Assembly: GCA_002189035.1 (NCBI GenBank)
Contig: NEEC01000050.1
Span: forward strand, 1 to 59,519
Direction of reading: 5' to 3'
DNA from: Utricularia gibba
Taxonomy: Eukaryota; Plantae; Magnoliophyta
Length of the DNA stretch: 59,519 bases
Within the stretch, counting starts at the first letter, position 1. Each line of letters opens with the position of its first letter. The notes beneath the pieces were generated by a model, which saw only the letters and a list, made by a program, of their open reading frames with translations, ran no database searches and had not been told where the DNA came from. The position numbers were made by a program, and so were the translations under genes. Positions 41,001 through 52,269 of the stretch are shown here, one piece after another.

Positions 41001-44000
41001 CCTTCTTTCTGTAAATATCCCTTTACCACCAGTCTGGATTTTCTTTTGTTCAGAGTGCCATCAGGATTTAACTTGGGACGGAATATGAATTTTAGGTCCA
41101 GAGGTTTTTTCTGCTTCGGCTTAGGCACTGCTGTCCAAACGCCGTGTTTCTGGATGGAGTTGAATTCTTCGTCTATGGATTTCTTCCAATCTGGGTCAGC
41201 GAGAGCTTCCTGAACGCTTGCTGGTTCATAGGTGCTCAATGCCCTATCATAGATATCGTTGATTGGTGCATATCCTCGCACAGGTGAGCTGTCTTCATTT
41301 TGTTTCAGATCCATACATAGATGATGTGGGGTGTAAGGAACCCCTTCTTGTCCGTAATCTTCCAGGTAACTTTGCCTTTGAGGTGAGGGAATGAGTATAG
41401 GATTTCTTGCTGCTAGGTTGGGTCCTCGGTTTTGAGTTTCTTCATCTTCTCCTGATGAGTTTTCTTCTTCTGATGTATCGGTTGATGATAGCTCAGTGAT
41501 TTCCTTTGGATTTCTGATGCTGTTGATGAGGGTTTCATGACATTCTAGAGTTTGTTCAGGTATGTGCTCTGAGTCTGCATCCTCATATCTCATGTCTTCG
41601 ATAGTAGTGGCCATGCAACACGGTGCTTCAGTTTTAAAGCCTTGTATCTAATTCTCAATATCTATGCATATGTCTTTCAACACTGAACTTCTCGAAAGTA
41701 AAATCTCATTCAGATTTTATCTTAAGACTCGCGGGCCAGGAGTAATTCAGTTGATGAGGTCCTCCTCTTCAGGATTGTTGGGAGGAGCCTGTGGCATCGA
41801 AACCAGGAGGTATGAACACTACATCATCCCACATCGACACCGAACCATCCTTCATTCCTTGGATCATGTTCTCGAGTACATCAACCTGAATGTCTCCTTT
41901 TCTCAGTGCAGGATATGATTGTCTCTGATCACCAGCAGCTCTTAACAGAGACTTCTCTAGATCCTCCTTGCGGAAGAACACGGGCCTGTATCGCTTATCC
42001 TGAGTCCGTAATATTAACCTCTGTGACTGGAAAACCGGAACCCCACAGAAAGTGTCATCTGGAATTCCATCTTCTTGGCGTACCTTTAAGGCGTTCCTAA
42101 TCTGTGAAGCTTCGGGTAGCAACCTTAGAGCAACTCCATCAACCTTAAGCTGAAATACCTTGCATAAATCAACTGGAACAACTTGTGAGTCCAAACTCAT
42201 GGATGGATTAGAAGCCTTCATCTGATTGAGAAGTATCTCAGCATCCGCTTCACTGAAGCAAAACAATCCCAAACTTTTCCCTGTACTCTTCCCGAAACTA
42301 AAACAAATTCTCGCGCGGCATTGCTGAGAGCGAAAACCGGAATTCCGGAAAGCCTCTTCTCTATATCTTCTGCAGCCATGGTGCGTTTCTTTGTATTGAA
42401 AAAAGCATTTTCACTGGGCACAGCGTTAAGGACTTTGTTATCCTAGTACTACTCTCGCCCAAGCACGCTTAACTTCGGAGTTCTGATGGGATCCGGTGCA
42501 TTAGTGCTGGTATGATCGCACCCCTGGGAAGTCCTCGTGTTGCATCATGTCCTTGTTGAGGGAATAAATTCCATATATTTTCTGAATAAGAATGATTTTT
42601 GTCATGTGTTGTCGAGGAACTCCAGTTGTAAATTCTAGTCTCGTCTACTGTTACATCACGACTGAGTTCCACCTCATTTGTTCTTAGATTCAGTACCCTG
42701 TAGGCTTTACTTGTATTGCTATATCCCAGGAAAATTCCTTCATCAGATCTTTTGTCCCATTTTGATCTCTTCTCCTTTGGAATGTATATATAGCAGGGTG
42801 ATCCAAATACCTTCATGTGATCTAGGCTTGGAATTTTGTTGTACCATAGCTCATAAGGAGTTTTACAGTCTTTATTTCCTTTGGTTGGCAGGCGGTTCAA
42901 CAGATACACGGCTGTGTTGACTGCTTCGCCCCAGAATTCTAGAGGTAAGTGTTTTTGATAGAGTAGACACCGAGCCATATTGACTATTGTCCTGTTCTTT
43001 CGTTCACATATGCCGTTCTGCTCTGGCGTATATGGCGTTGTAAACTGGTGAGTAATACCATTTGTCTCACAAATGTGTCTCAGTTCAGTTGATTTGTACT
43101 CACCTCCGTTGTCTGACCGGAGTGTTAGAATCTTACTATTGCTTTGAGTTTCTGCAAGGACCTTGAAGACTTGGAAGTGGTGCAAAACCTCTGATTTATG
43201 CTTCAGGAGATAGATCCAGGTATACTTTGAATATTCGTCAATAAAGATCACGTAATATTTGTTGCCGGCTCGAGTAGGAGAGGCCATGGGCCCACAGACG
43301 TCACTGGTAACAACTTCCAATTTTTTCTGAGAATGAATGCTGGACTTAGGGAGTGGTGTTCGGCTCATCTTCCCTTGAAAGCATATTCTGCAGTGTTTTT
43401 CCTCAGGAATTATATTAGGAATCCCCTCTGCCAGGTTTCTCTTCTTCATGGATATAAGGGAGGCATAGTGATGGTGACCTAACCGTTGGTGCCAAATCTC
43501 AGATGATTCTAGGGACTTGAGGCAAATGTTGTAATCGATGGATGTAGCATTCGGAAGCAGTGGAAAGACCCTATCAGTCATAGCAACCGTAAGGAGTATA
43601 TTATCTTCTTCATCTAATATTTTGCACTCATTACTTTCCAGATGAACTTTCATCCCCTTTTCAACCAGCTGGCCAGTGCTTAGTAGATTGTGGTAGGCCT
43701 GGGGCACCAGATACACGTCTGTGATCTTGATTAATTTCTGGACAGTTTCAAGGCAAACTGTTCCTTGACCGATGACCTGTAAGTGATTTCCATCAGCAAT
43801 TTCGATTACTTTCCCAGTTAGCTCGATGAAGGTTGTGAATAGACTCTTGTCGTTGGTTATATGATGACTGCATCCGCTATCGATAAACCAGATGTCTTGT
43901 TTCCTTAGATCCACAAATGATGTGATTAGAGTTTTGCGGCGCAGAGAGTAAATATCAATCTTCTTCTTATTCATTTCAGCTGCGAGATTTACATCATTCA

Positions 44001-45528
44001 TAGCGCTAGTAAGTTTGTCCTTAGGATCTGCAGCCTTTCCTCCAATCTGATGGTATTTTTTCAGGGGACACACTTTGTCCACATGACCTTGGAGAGAACA
44101 GTACAGGCATTTGGCGTCAGGGCTCCAGAAACATTGTGTTGGTGAATGGCCTTTTCGCTTGCAGAATGGGCATGAATCTCCAGTACTTGGTTTCTCAATT
44201 TTTGCTTGAAAGATCACCGGTTCATTTGATGATTGAGAACCATAGCCTTTCTGATTTTCTGTTGCCTTGAAGGCAAGTTCCTGGCCTTCACCAAGTCCGA
44301 CTTCAACTTCGGATTCACTGAGTCTTTCTAGTAGTTTTCTGGAGGATATGGAGTGAATGCCTGTGACCCGCAAAGTAGTGACTACAGGGGCAAAGGACCG
44401 CGGTAGGGAACTGAGTATTTTTGATTTAATTCTTCTGTCTTCCAAGGGCTCTCCAAGGTCTGTAACTCAGTGACAATTTTGATTAGCGTTTCTGAAAAAT
44501 GAGAGATACTCATACCTGGTAAGAATTTCAGGTTGTCAAAGAGCTCCCATTGACGTTGAATGCGGCTCTCACGGGCTTCCGTATCCTCTCCGTAGAATTC
44601 CTCCAATTTTTTCCAGATGTCTTTGGGACTTTTCAGTAGCATAACACGGTTGAACACTTCTTCAGATAAGGCTTGATCCAGAGCATACTTAGCTTTCTTT
44701 ACTTGAGCATCTGTGAGTTTGAGACTTTCTGCTGTGGCTATTTCAGAGGAGTCTGGACGTACAGGATCCACCACAGACCATAAGTCGTTCATTTGCAGGT
44801 AACTTTCCATTCGTACTGCCCAAGAAGCGTAGCGCTGACCAGTGAAGATTGGAGGAGCTTGTTGGAGGGCTGCCATTCTGAGAGACTGCAATGATAAGAG
44901 GAGATGGGAGTCGGTGAAGTATCTTCACGTCGGGTTCACCATAAAAGTATTTTTGGCTGCTTGATTTTGTTGGAGACTTGGTTGAACGTTGAGAGAATGT
45001 TGAAGTTTGTGGATATTGACTATTGTTTTTGGATCGAAAAGAACTTTCCTTTATTTTCATAAAGCAAACAGGGATTTATATAGATGAGGAGAGTTGCCCG
45101 TTGGATCATATCAGGCCTAAAATATGACCGTTGCCTTTAGTCTGTAGATTAGTCCTCTTGTTCATCTACTGTGTAGCAGCCAGAATTTACTAGGACTTCT
45201 TTCATGGACTGGGCTTCAGATGCTTCTTCTTGGGCCAGTAGTTTGGAATGTTGAGGCCCAAGTATGATAAGGCCTTTTTCCCAATCTAATTGAGGGTTGC
45301 TTCTCATGGGAGGAACAGAGGTCGCGCGCCATTCATCTTCGCGGGTTGAGACTTCCCGGATCTTCGTTGCTCCACCACTTGCTGACAAAAGGGGCTGGTG
45401 AAGAAAGGGTCATCAAACGGAACCCTTCCACCAAAAGAATGCTGAAACATGCTCGTCCTGGAACCAAAATGATCAAATATGGTCCGCCCGCTCTTCGATG
45501 CATCGCCGATTTCTCTACGCCCTTGCAT
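38026..45528 (-). CDS. Myeloid leukemia factor (MLF)-like gene, interrupted in coding exon 1 by a Copia element
   Basis: Exon 1 reads MQGRRE..GGRVPFDDPFFTSPF (45528-45388) and resumes in frame after the element as GRASRSD..GPVIEEMD. Later exons: SFQRVTYGGINGTYYTAT, TFEESREA..HKISRGIH, GHSVTRKLDSSGKVDTMQTLHN, ending KVVTINIE*. Confidence 0.85.
39210..39655 (-). repeat. 3' LTR
   Basis: Direct repeat of 44942-45387 with no mismatch found by eye. Starts TGTCA and ends TTTTA on the minus strand. TATA-like TATATAAAT at 39350-39342. Confidence 0.96.
39417..41644 (-). CDS. Copia reverse transcriptase and RNase H (frameshift near 40850; ORF runs into the 3' LTR)
   Basis: EPASVQEAL, KSRLVVKGYLQKEGIDY, LDIKTAFLHG, LYGLKQAPKEW, SLYVDDILITG, FVDSDFAGD, SSAEAEY, IDNKSAI, ADILTK. 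Confidence 0.93.
39656..39664 (-). other. Polypurine tract
   Basis: AGGGAGGAA immediately upstream of the 3' LTR TG. Confidence 0.8.
41769..42379 (-). CDS. Intronless TIC22-like (plastid intermembrane-space import chaperone) copy captured inside the Copia element, lacking the transit peptide
   Basis: MAAEDIEKRLSGIPVFALSN..EFVLVSG, LGLFCFSEADAE, KVFQLKVDGVALRLLPE, GVPVFQS..LILR, YRPVFFRKEDLEKSL, GDIQV, WDDVVFIPPGFD. These match plant TIC22-like (TIC22-III type) proteins from memory. One base in the run at 42291-42293 joins the two ORFs into about 203 aa. Confidence 0.88.
42440..42546 (-). pseudogene. Rearranged 5S rRNA-derived sequence: nt 1-84 on minus (42523-42440) plus nt 94-117 on plus (42523-42546)
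   Basis: Minus strand GGGTGCGATCATACCAGCACTAATGCACCGGATCCCATCAGAACTCCGAAGTTAAGCGTGCTTGGGCGAGAGTAGTACTAGGAT and plus strand CCTGGGAAGTCCTCGTGTTGCATC both match the angiosperm 5S rRNA consensus as recalled. Confidence 0.95.
42469..44876 (-). CDS. Copia gag (UBN2-type, two CCHC knuckles), protease, GAG-pre-integrase and integrase (frameshift at 44446-44448)
   Basis: PPIFTGQRYASWAVRM, CPFCKRKGHSPTQC and CLYCSLQGHVDKVC, WFIDSGCSHH, WHQRLGH, SDVCGP..SDNGGEY..PEQNGICERKNRT, GIFLGY, SRDVTVDE. Confidence 0.93.
44924..44941 (-). other. Primer-binding site complementary to cytosolic tRNA-Trp
   Basis: Minus strand TGGTGAACCCGACGTGAA directly abuts the 5' LTR. The + strand TTCACGTCGGGTTCACCA equals the recalled 3' end of plant tRNA-Trp(CCA) plus CCA. 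Confidence 0.85.
44942..45387 (-). repeat. 5' LTR
   Basis: Direct repeat of 39210-39655, followed by the PBS. TATA-like motif at 45082-45074. Confidence 0.96.
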
Positions 45529-46310
45529 TTCTACTGTGCCTCCCATCAAACAACAGAACAATCCATGAATAAGCTTACCGATAACACAACAGACAAAACG
45601 GCACTTTCCATACACAAATGGGAACTGCGAGCTATTAAAACAACGAAACGCATTTATGACCAACAATTGACCGAGATCAACTCCTTCCAACGAAATTCGT
45701 GAAGCCAGAACATAGGCAAACGCCTTTCAACCCCCCAAAAAAACAAGCAATTGAGGCTTCAACCTAAACGAATGGAATAAAACTATTACATCAAGCAATT
45801 CTTGCAGTAAGAACCTGAAACCCCGGCAATCAAGCAATTGATCCAGGCCTTCCCTCACCCTTCCGCGCTCCAGAATCTGTGATTCAAAGCTTTTCTATTT
45901 ACTTCACGTAGGAGGATAAATATCAGGCTTACACGTGTCATCGCTACACCGTTTGTTATTTTAATCAATGGTGCTGGATCCTTCCAGTGTCTTCTTCCCT
46001 TCTCTCGCTTGCGGGAAGAATTAGCAATCGCCGGTTGGAAGGATGCCTTGGCCGGTTCGGCTACTGAAAATTGGCCGGTTTATTACAATTTTGAACGAAA
46101 TTTCAAATAAATACATAAGTTTTAGTTTTTTTTAAAAAAAATAGCATTGAATCCAACCCGGCGCCATGGTCCATGTCTCAATCTCAGAACCGACGGTCCG
46201 GTAGGAAGAAATTGTTTTATATATAATTTGGTGTAAGAGTTGGAAAAACCGCTGTGACGGAGTGTCTCAATTTCGAGCGAGAGATTCAGCCTCTGAACTT
46301 TTGGGAAGAA

Positions 46311-48991
46311 ATGGATGTGACTTTTCCGGTGCTGGTGGTTTCAGCGATCATTGGAGCGCTGATCGCTTTCATGGTGTTCGGAACTTACGTGCGGAAGAGG
46401 AAATTGGAAATCCAATCAATCATCAAACCTGAAGTTGCGGATTCGAACCTTAAATCGGGAAATAAGCCACCGGGTGCCAAGAAGCTGCAGCACAAATCTC
46501 ATGCACATTCCCATGCCTCTGGTGATAAAGTAAACCGCAAGATTTCTTGTTTTGGGGGTTTAATGGTGGAGCCGCTTATACAGATGAAATGAGATCCCTT
46601 TCTTTTACTATAGGATGCCAATAAGAAGCACCATCCGCTGGATGTCAATACATTGAAGGGGCATGGTGATTCTGTGTACGGGATTTGCTTCTCGCTTGAT
46701 GGGCGTAGTTTAGCGACTGGTAACTTTCTATATCTTCTCTGTTGTTAAGATTCTGATCTTTTTGGAATGCAGTTTAGTATGCAGTAGGCAGCTGTTTATC
46801 TCCAAAGGTGTTCTTTTTTCATTTCTTGAAGATATTGCATGTTTTTTTTCTCTTTACACTAACAACGCAATACGTTTGGGAACCCAGACAAGCAATCGTA
46901 TTGTCCTGATCATGTTGGAACTTTGTAATTGCAGCTTGTGGAGATGGTGTTGTCAGAGTTTTCAAGTTGGATGATGCTTCCAGTAGAAGCTTCAAGTACT
47001 ATTCCAATATTTCTGTCTCTCTTCAATTAGTGCCAATACATATCTTTACAATTTATAATTTCGTTTTAGGTTCCTCAGAATCAATTTACCACCTGGTCAT
47101 CATCCGACAGCAATTTCTTTTGCGGATGATGATTCCAGCGTGGTAGTAGCTTCACAGACACTTACAGGGTCATCCTTATACATGTACGGGGAGGAAAAGC
47201 CTAAATCAACCGCGGACCAGAAGCAGCAAACTAAACTCCCGCTCCCTGAGATCAAATGGGAGCATCATAAAGTGCATGACCAGAGAGCCATTCTTACTCT
47301 TGTTGGAGCGAGGGCAACTTATGGCAGTGCAGATGGAAGTACACTTTTTGCATCATGCTCTGAAGGTTTTTGTTATTCATATTTCTTATTCAAGCTTTCA
47401 TGGTTTAACTTGCAGTTTTTTTTTTTTTTTCTGATCTTCACTCTTTATGTGCATTATGCATGAACTGTAATGCTCAGATTAACCCATCGTAAGTGATAAC
47501 TTTAGTTTATCAAACTTTGGAACTTCTTCCAAGTGTGGTTGTAGAATGTGATACTTTCCTCGTTTAGTGGAGGCTGCAGGATCATGAAGTCCTATTAACA
47601 TTTTTTTACTGTTTCTTCTCAGGTACTGACATTAGATTGTGGCATGGAAAATCAGGAAAATCATTGGGGAATGTTGACACAAATCAGCTAAAAAATACTA
47701 TGGCCGCAATATCTCCTGATGGACGTTTCATCGCAGCAGCTGCATTTACTGCTGATGTGAAGGTTGCATTGGCTTCGTACTTCTGATTCAATTGCAAAAT
47801 TATGCCATCACGATGATAGGCTCGCTGTTTTCTGCTATTAAATTTCGAGATAAAAGCGTGGCTTATTTGCCGGCATCATTTATTTTCACAGATTTGGGAA
47901 ATTCTGTACTCTAAGGATGGTACTGTGAAAGAGATCTCAAAAGTTATGCAACTCAAAGGTCATAAGGTTGTCTCTTCATCCATGTCATGCGATTTTTCTC
48001 ACTTTTGCATGAAATGAAGGAAATACGTTACTAATTTTTTTTTGCTGTTTTATCGGTTTAGAAATTCTAGTTACTTGTTGACTTAACGTATGCTGTGGGC
48101 AATGAAATGTTCATCTTTTTCTTCATCAGCCTCACCCTCCTATTCTCCTTGTTCTTCCAATCTAAAGTTGCATTTGTGTATGTGAGCAGAGTGCTGTTAC
48201 ATGGCTTTGCTTCAGTTCAAATTCAGAGCAGATCATCACAGCCTCAAGGGATGGCTCAATAAGAATATGGAATATTAATGGTATGATTATCCACTTGGCT
48301 TTTCATTTGTAAGTTTCCCGTGGACTGATGGCTGAGGGTAGGAGCAATTTTTAACGCTATATACTTTTCGAAGGTGGGAATATGTTTCAGGAATTCTGGA
48401 CTGGACTTCTTTGTCTAATGCTTAGAATTTCAAAAATCCATGCATAATCTTGCGTTACAACATGATATGGGTTTTCTGACATTGCTTACTTCATGAAGTT
48501 CGCTATCATCTGGATGAAGACCCAAAAACAATAAAATCCTTTCCCATCCCACTCCGCGATGAAAATGGAAACGCTTTGCACTATGATCGTCTCAGTCTAT
48601 CCCCGGATCAGAAGATACTGGCAGTAACGCATGGTTCAATGCTACAGTGGCTCTCCCCTGAGACAGGACAAGTTTTGGACACTGCCCACAAGGCTCATGA
48701 TGGTATGTAATTGCTTTCCCGAATCCTTTTTTCCCTCAGTGCACAATTAAAAGAGCGCGCATATGTTGTGCAGGTGACATTACAGACATCAAATGGTCAC
48801 CTACCCCCATTCCTTTTGGTATGTACCTTCAGTACTTTTGAACTTTCAAGCTCATGTTTGATGCATTCCTCTGACCCACACTGCAAAAATCTTCTGTTAA
48901 TGTAGAAAACAAAAGGGTGCTGATGCTTGCCACAGCCAGCACAGACAAGAAGGTGAAGCTCTGGATTGCACCATCATTTCAACAATCCTGA
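46311..48991 (+). CDS. WD40 repeat protein, transducin beta-like 2 (TBL2) type, N-terminal TM anchor, multi-exon
   Basis: MDVTFPVLVVSAIIGALIAFMVFG, HHPLDVNTLKGHGDSVYG, AAISPDGRFIAAAAFTADVK, VMQLKGHK, ATASTDKKVKLW. Confidence 0.9.
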
Positions 48992-49412
48992 ATGTAGCTA
49001 CCCTGGATCACGTTGCGACACATGCTGCGATGACCTCATCTTAACACTCCAATCCTCAGTAGAAACCTCTATTTCGCTAGGTAATCTTTATTCACCTTAA
49101 TTCTGGCAACCCTTGAATGACATGATACAAAGCTTGTCGGCTCCATATCTGCTGGCTGGCCAATTCCCTTTGGTTTGCCTCCAATCGCAATTTTGAACCT
49201 CGCTGCTGTTGTATTTCTTTTCACTTCTATTGATGGTTTTTTTATCTTGAAAAAAAATTGAGTTTGATTTCTGCTGATGATGTCCATCCTCCAAATGCAA
49301 AGTTACCAAAGAAAACATATCACACGGCCGCATTTCCAATTAGAAGTACAATTATGTCGTTCCAACAGTAACTCAGGTACCATGAACTTACATCTTATCA
49401 CTAACAGATTAG

Positions 49413-50817
49413 CTACCCCTGTAAGGATATGTTGATGTCCTGCCTCATCTTCTCTGCTGATGACCAGTCACTGGGACTCTCAGAATCAGTATAGCTAAAC
49501 CCATGAACATTCCTTGAATCGGGGAGACCACCCGTTCCTGATGTGGTGAGTGCGCATTGCTTCTTTGACTTGAGCTCACTTGGACTGCTCAACAGAAAAC
49601 TCGTGACAACAACCTGGCGAGTTGGGAACTCAGTGGTGTGCTTTAGACATGGGAAAATGCAAGAACCAGCAGAGCAAAAGGGCTTACTTTTACTGTGGTG
49701 GCTGCAGTTGTTCGGCCAGCTATCAAGCCTCCAACCACACGCCCATCAGGGCCTGAGAGAGTCATGGTCATCGTGCCAGAACCGCCGGATTTGGAGCTCT
49801 GGGAATCCGATGGAGAAAATGATCCAGTAAGAGAGAGGATTTCAAACAGGCCCTAGAGATGAAGCATGGAGCAGCAGCATTCAGGTCAGCTAGAGATCCA
49901 AGCAACATCAAAACAGAAAACATCAACAGTTTGGAAGTGTTGGGTGATATACCTCGTAAGTAACAGTTCCTCCAGAAGAACTTGGAAGGCGAAGAGTTAC
50001 ACTCAGCACTGATCCACTTCCGGATACAACACAAACAGACCGAGGCCCTTGTTGTGCAAATTCCATGATCTTAGCTGAGATATCCTGGAGAACATTAGAA
50101 ACCAGTGAAGAACTCGACATGTTTGATGGGGAAAGGATCAAGCTCACTCCTACTAACAAACAGTACCTCACCAGCATTGATAGTGATCACATGCGGCAGG
50201 AAACTCGAACCCGTCGAACAATCAAGCCAGTGGTCTACAGAACAGTATGAACTAACAAATCATATGCAGGTGGAAAACTAAGTCATCAGAATGAATATGA
50301 TTCATAGTACAATGAAGGCCCTTCACTAGTTCCATGGGAGGAAGACAGTTTCCTTGCATTCAGAATGCATGAAGAGGCAAGCTCTATTGACAGACATTTT
50401 TTAACAGACCATAGATAAAGAGGGGAAAACGGAAAGAGTCATCAAGGAGCAGATAGTAAAGGTAACATATTACACCGTTCAGATCATTTGTATTACCTAG
50501 ATTTTCTGATCCGATCTTACTCTTCTGCTTTCTCTCTGAGTTCACTGTTCGACCAGTGGTTGGCATCTTCTCTACATCCATGTATGGCTTGCCTGCGACC
50601 GGTGGAGCTGATGATGACAGTTGCACCGGGGACAGCATTCGGTTTGATTGTCCATCAGGTTTATACTTCCTCGGTCTGCCCCTCTTTTTCTTCTCAGAAA
50701 ATGGCGAATTCATGTCCGGTTTTCCAATTTCCGAATCAGCTCTTGGATGGTAGCTTGATGCTGCCCCAGGAGTAACTACTGTGACCCGGAGGAAATATGA
50801 TTCCCAGCATCCATCAT
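49413..50817 (-). CDS. AT-hook motif nuclear-localised protein (AHL, intron-containing, PPC/DUF296 domain); frameshift at 50785-50787
   Basis: KKKRGRPRKYKPDG, FLPHVITINAGE|DISAKIMEFAQQGPRSVCVVSGSG, GTVTYE|GLFEILSLTGSF, LSGPDGRVVGG. One extra G links MMDAGNHISSG to VTVVTPG. Confidence 0.88.
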
Positions 50818-52269
50818 CTGGGAAAATCAAAGCTTGCTATCCTGCAAACGAAAAAACCTCTTACTGAGCTGCAGAAGTGATAAGAGCCATATTCACAAGA
50901 AAAAAGGCCACGATAATGTGTGACAGTTGAGGTTAAATCACTTGTACATGTGCCAGCCATAATCAAGCAAAGCACAGGTTATAAATCAGGAATTCAGCTC
51001 CAAGATCACTTATATAATAGTAGAACGAACTAAGCACTGCTAGGGGTAAGTAAACTTCATCCAAGCATATCACTACAAGGCAACTAAGCAAGACAAGGCA
51101 TGATACTGATTCAAACAGAATCTTGAGCAGGCAGATTCTCGTAAAATCTAAACTCCACCAAAAAAAAAGAGGGAAACAACAAAGGGGTAGCACATTTATA
51201 AGCTAAAATAAATTTTATCTCATCGACAGCATTGTTCTCGCCTTGCTGCATAATTCAAACCCTGATCTTCTCTACACTTCGTATAACTATGTGAAAAAAA
51301 AAAGAAAACAAGGAAAAAAAGAAGCAAGGTTCACCTGAAAAAGAGAAGGTTCTGTTCAAACTAAACGCTCCATCTTTCCATGCAAAATCCCGAACGACAG
51401 ATCATGTTGTTCTTTTTGAAGTTGCTTAAGGGATGAAAAACAGCAAGAAAAAAGCATACATACACAATAAATATATCTGTATACCTCTGCAGCAAACTCA
51501 GTTTGCAGCAGCTACAAGAAAAATTACTTGGTCACAGAAAACGACAGCAATTTCCCCCATTTCGCTTTTGCTTGTGGGTGAAAACTCAAATTTTCAATAC
51601 AAGCTGCATAAAGGTCTAAAACCCACACACAAAAGAGGGATATGAAGAAGATTTTTCACATGTGAACCTGTGATGAGCAGGGAATAAACTACATTAACGG
51701 AGTTTAAGTTCAATGAATTTGTGGGGTGTGCAGAGACACTTTCTTGTTGTAAAGAAACGCAATTTGAAAGAGGAAGAAAAAAAAAAGTGGGTCTTGTAGG
51801 GGACCGCCGGCCCAGCTTCAGAGGAAAAAACATTTTGTCAAAGTCCTTTCCCCCTGTCGATGACCTTCCCTCAACCTTGTCTGCCTTTAATCCAGATGTG
51901 AAAGTTACGTGTGCCTGTAAACGCCCCAACACTTCAAACCAATTACAAAATATGCCACTGGGCATAAGCTACTGCTGCTGTGTACACTGCAGTACAACTG
52001 ATACCACTTGAACCAGTAGAAGAGAGCTTCTTAAACATGCAGATGAAGCAATTAGAGTTCAGCAAAACAACCAGCATATCGATTGATTTGTACATTCATA
52101 AGATTACAGTGTTTGGATCGACGAAAACAATAAGAAGCAAGAACACAAAGACATAAGGCTCGAATGTATTCAAGAACAAAAAAGAAACTTCATTTGTCTT
52201 CACCTCGGAAATTCCACTTTTGTTCTTCAAGTAATCATCTTTGGTTAACCTCCGTATATGAGAGACATT

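Larger units (their letters stand above)
39210..45387 (-). mobile_element. Full-length Ty1/Copia LTR retrotransposon (6,178 bp), very recent, carrying internal cargo
   Basis: Two 446-bp LTRs, TSD AAAGG at 39205-39209 and 45388-45392, PBS, polypurine tract (PPT), and domain order gag-PR-INT-RT-RNaseH. Confidence 0.97.

Noticed and set aside
42440-42546. Functional 5S rRNA gene or Cassandra TRIM
   Set aside because: Split, partly inverted, box C truncated, no T-run terminator or tandem array, and located inside a Copia coding region rather than in TRIM LTRs.
44382-44460. Programmed ribosomal frameshift between gag and pol
   Set aside because: Plant Copia elements normally encode one gag-pol frame, and the break matches the one-base homopolymer deletion pattern seen in host genes.
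45149-45388. 79-aa ORF in the 5' LTR as a separate gene
   Set aside because: It is the LTR copy of the pol read-through tail. At the 5' LTR there is no ATG, because the ATG in the 3' copy is created by the PPT-LTR junction.
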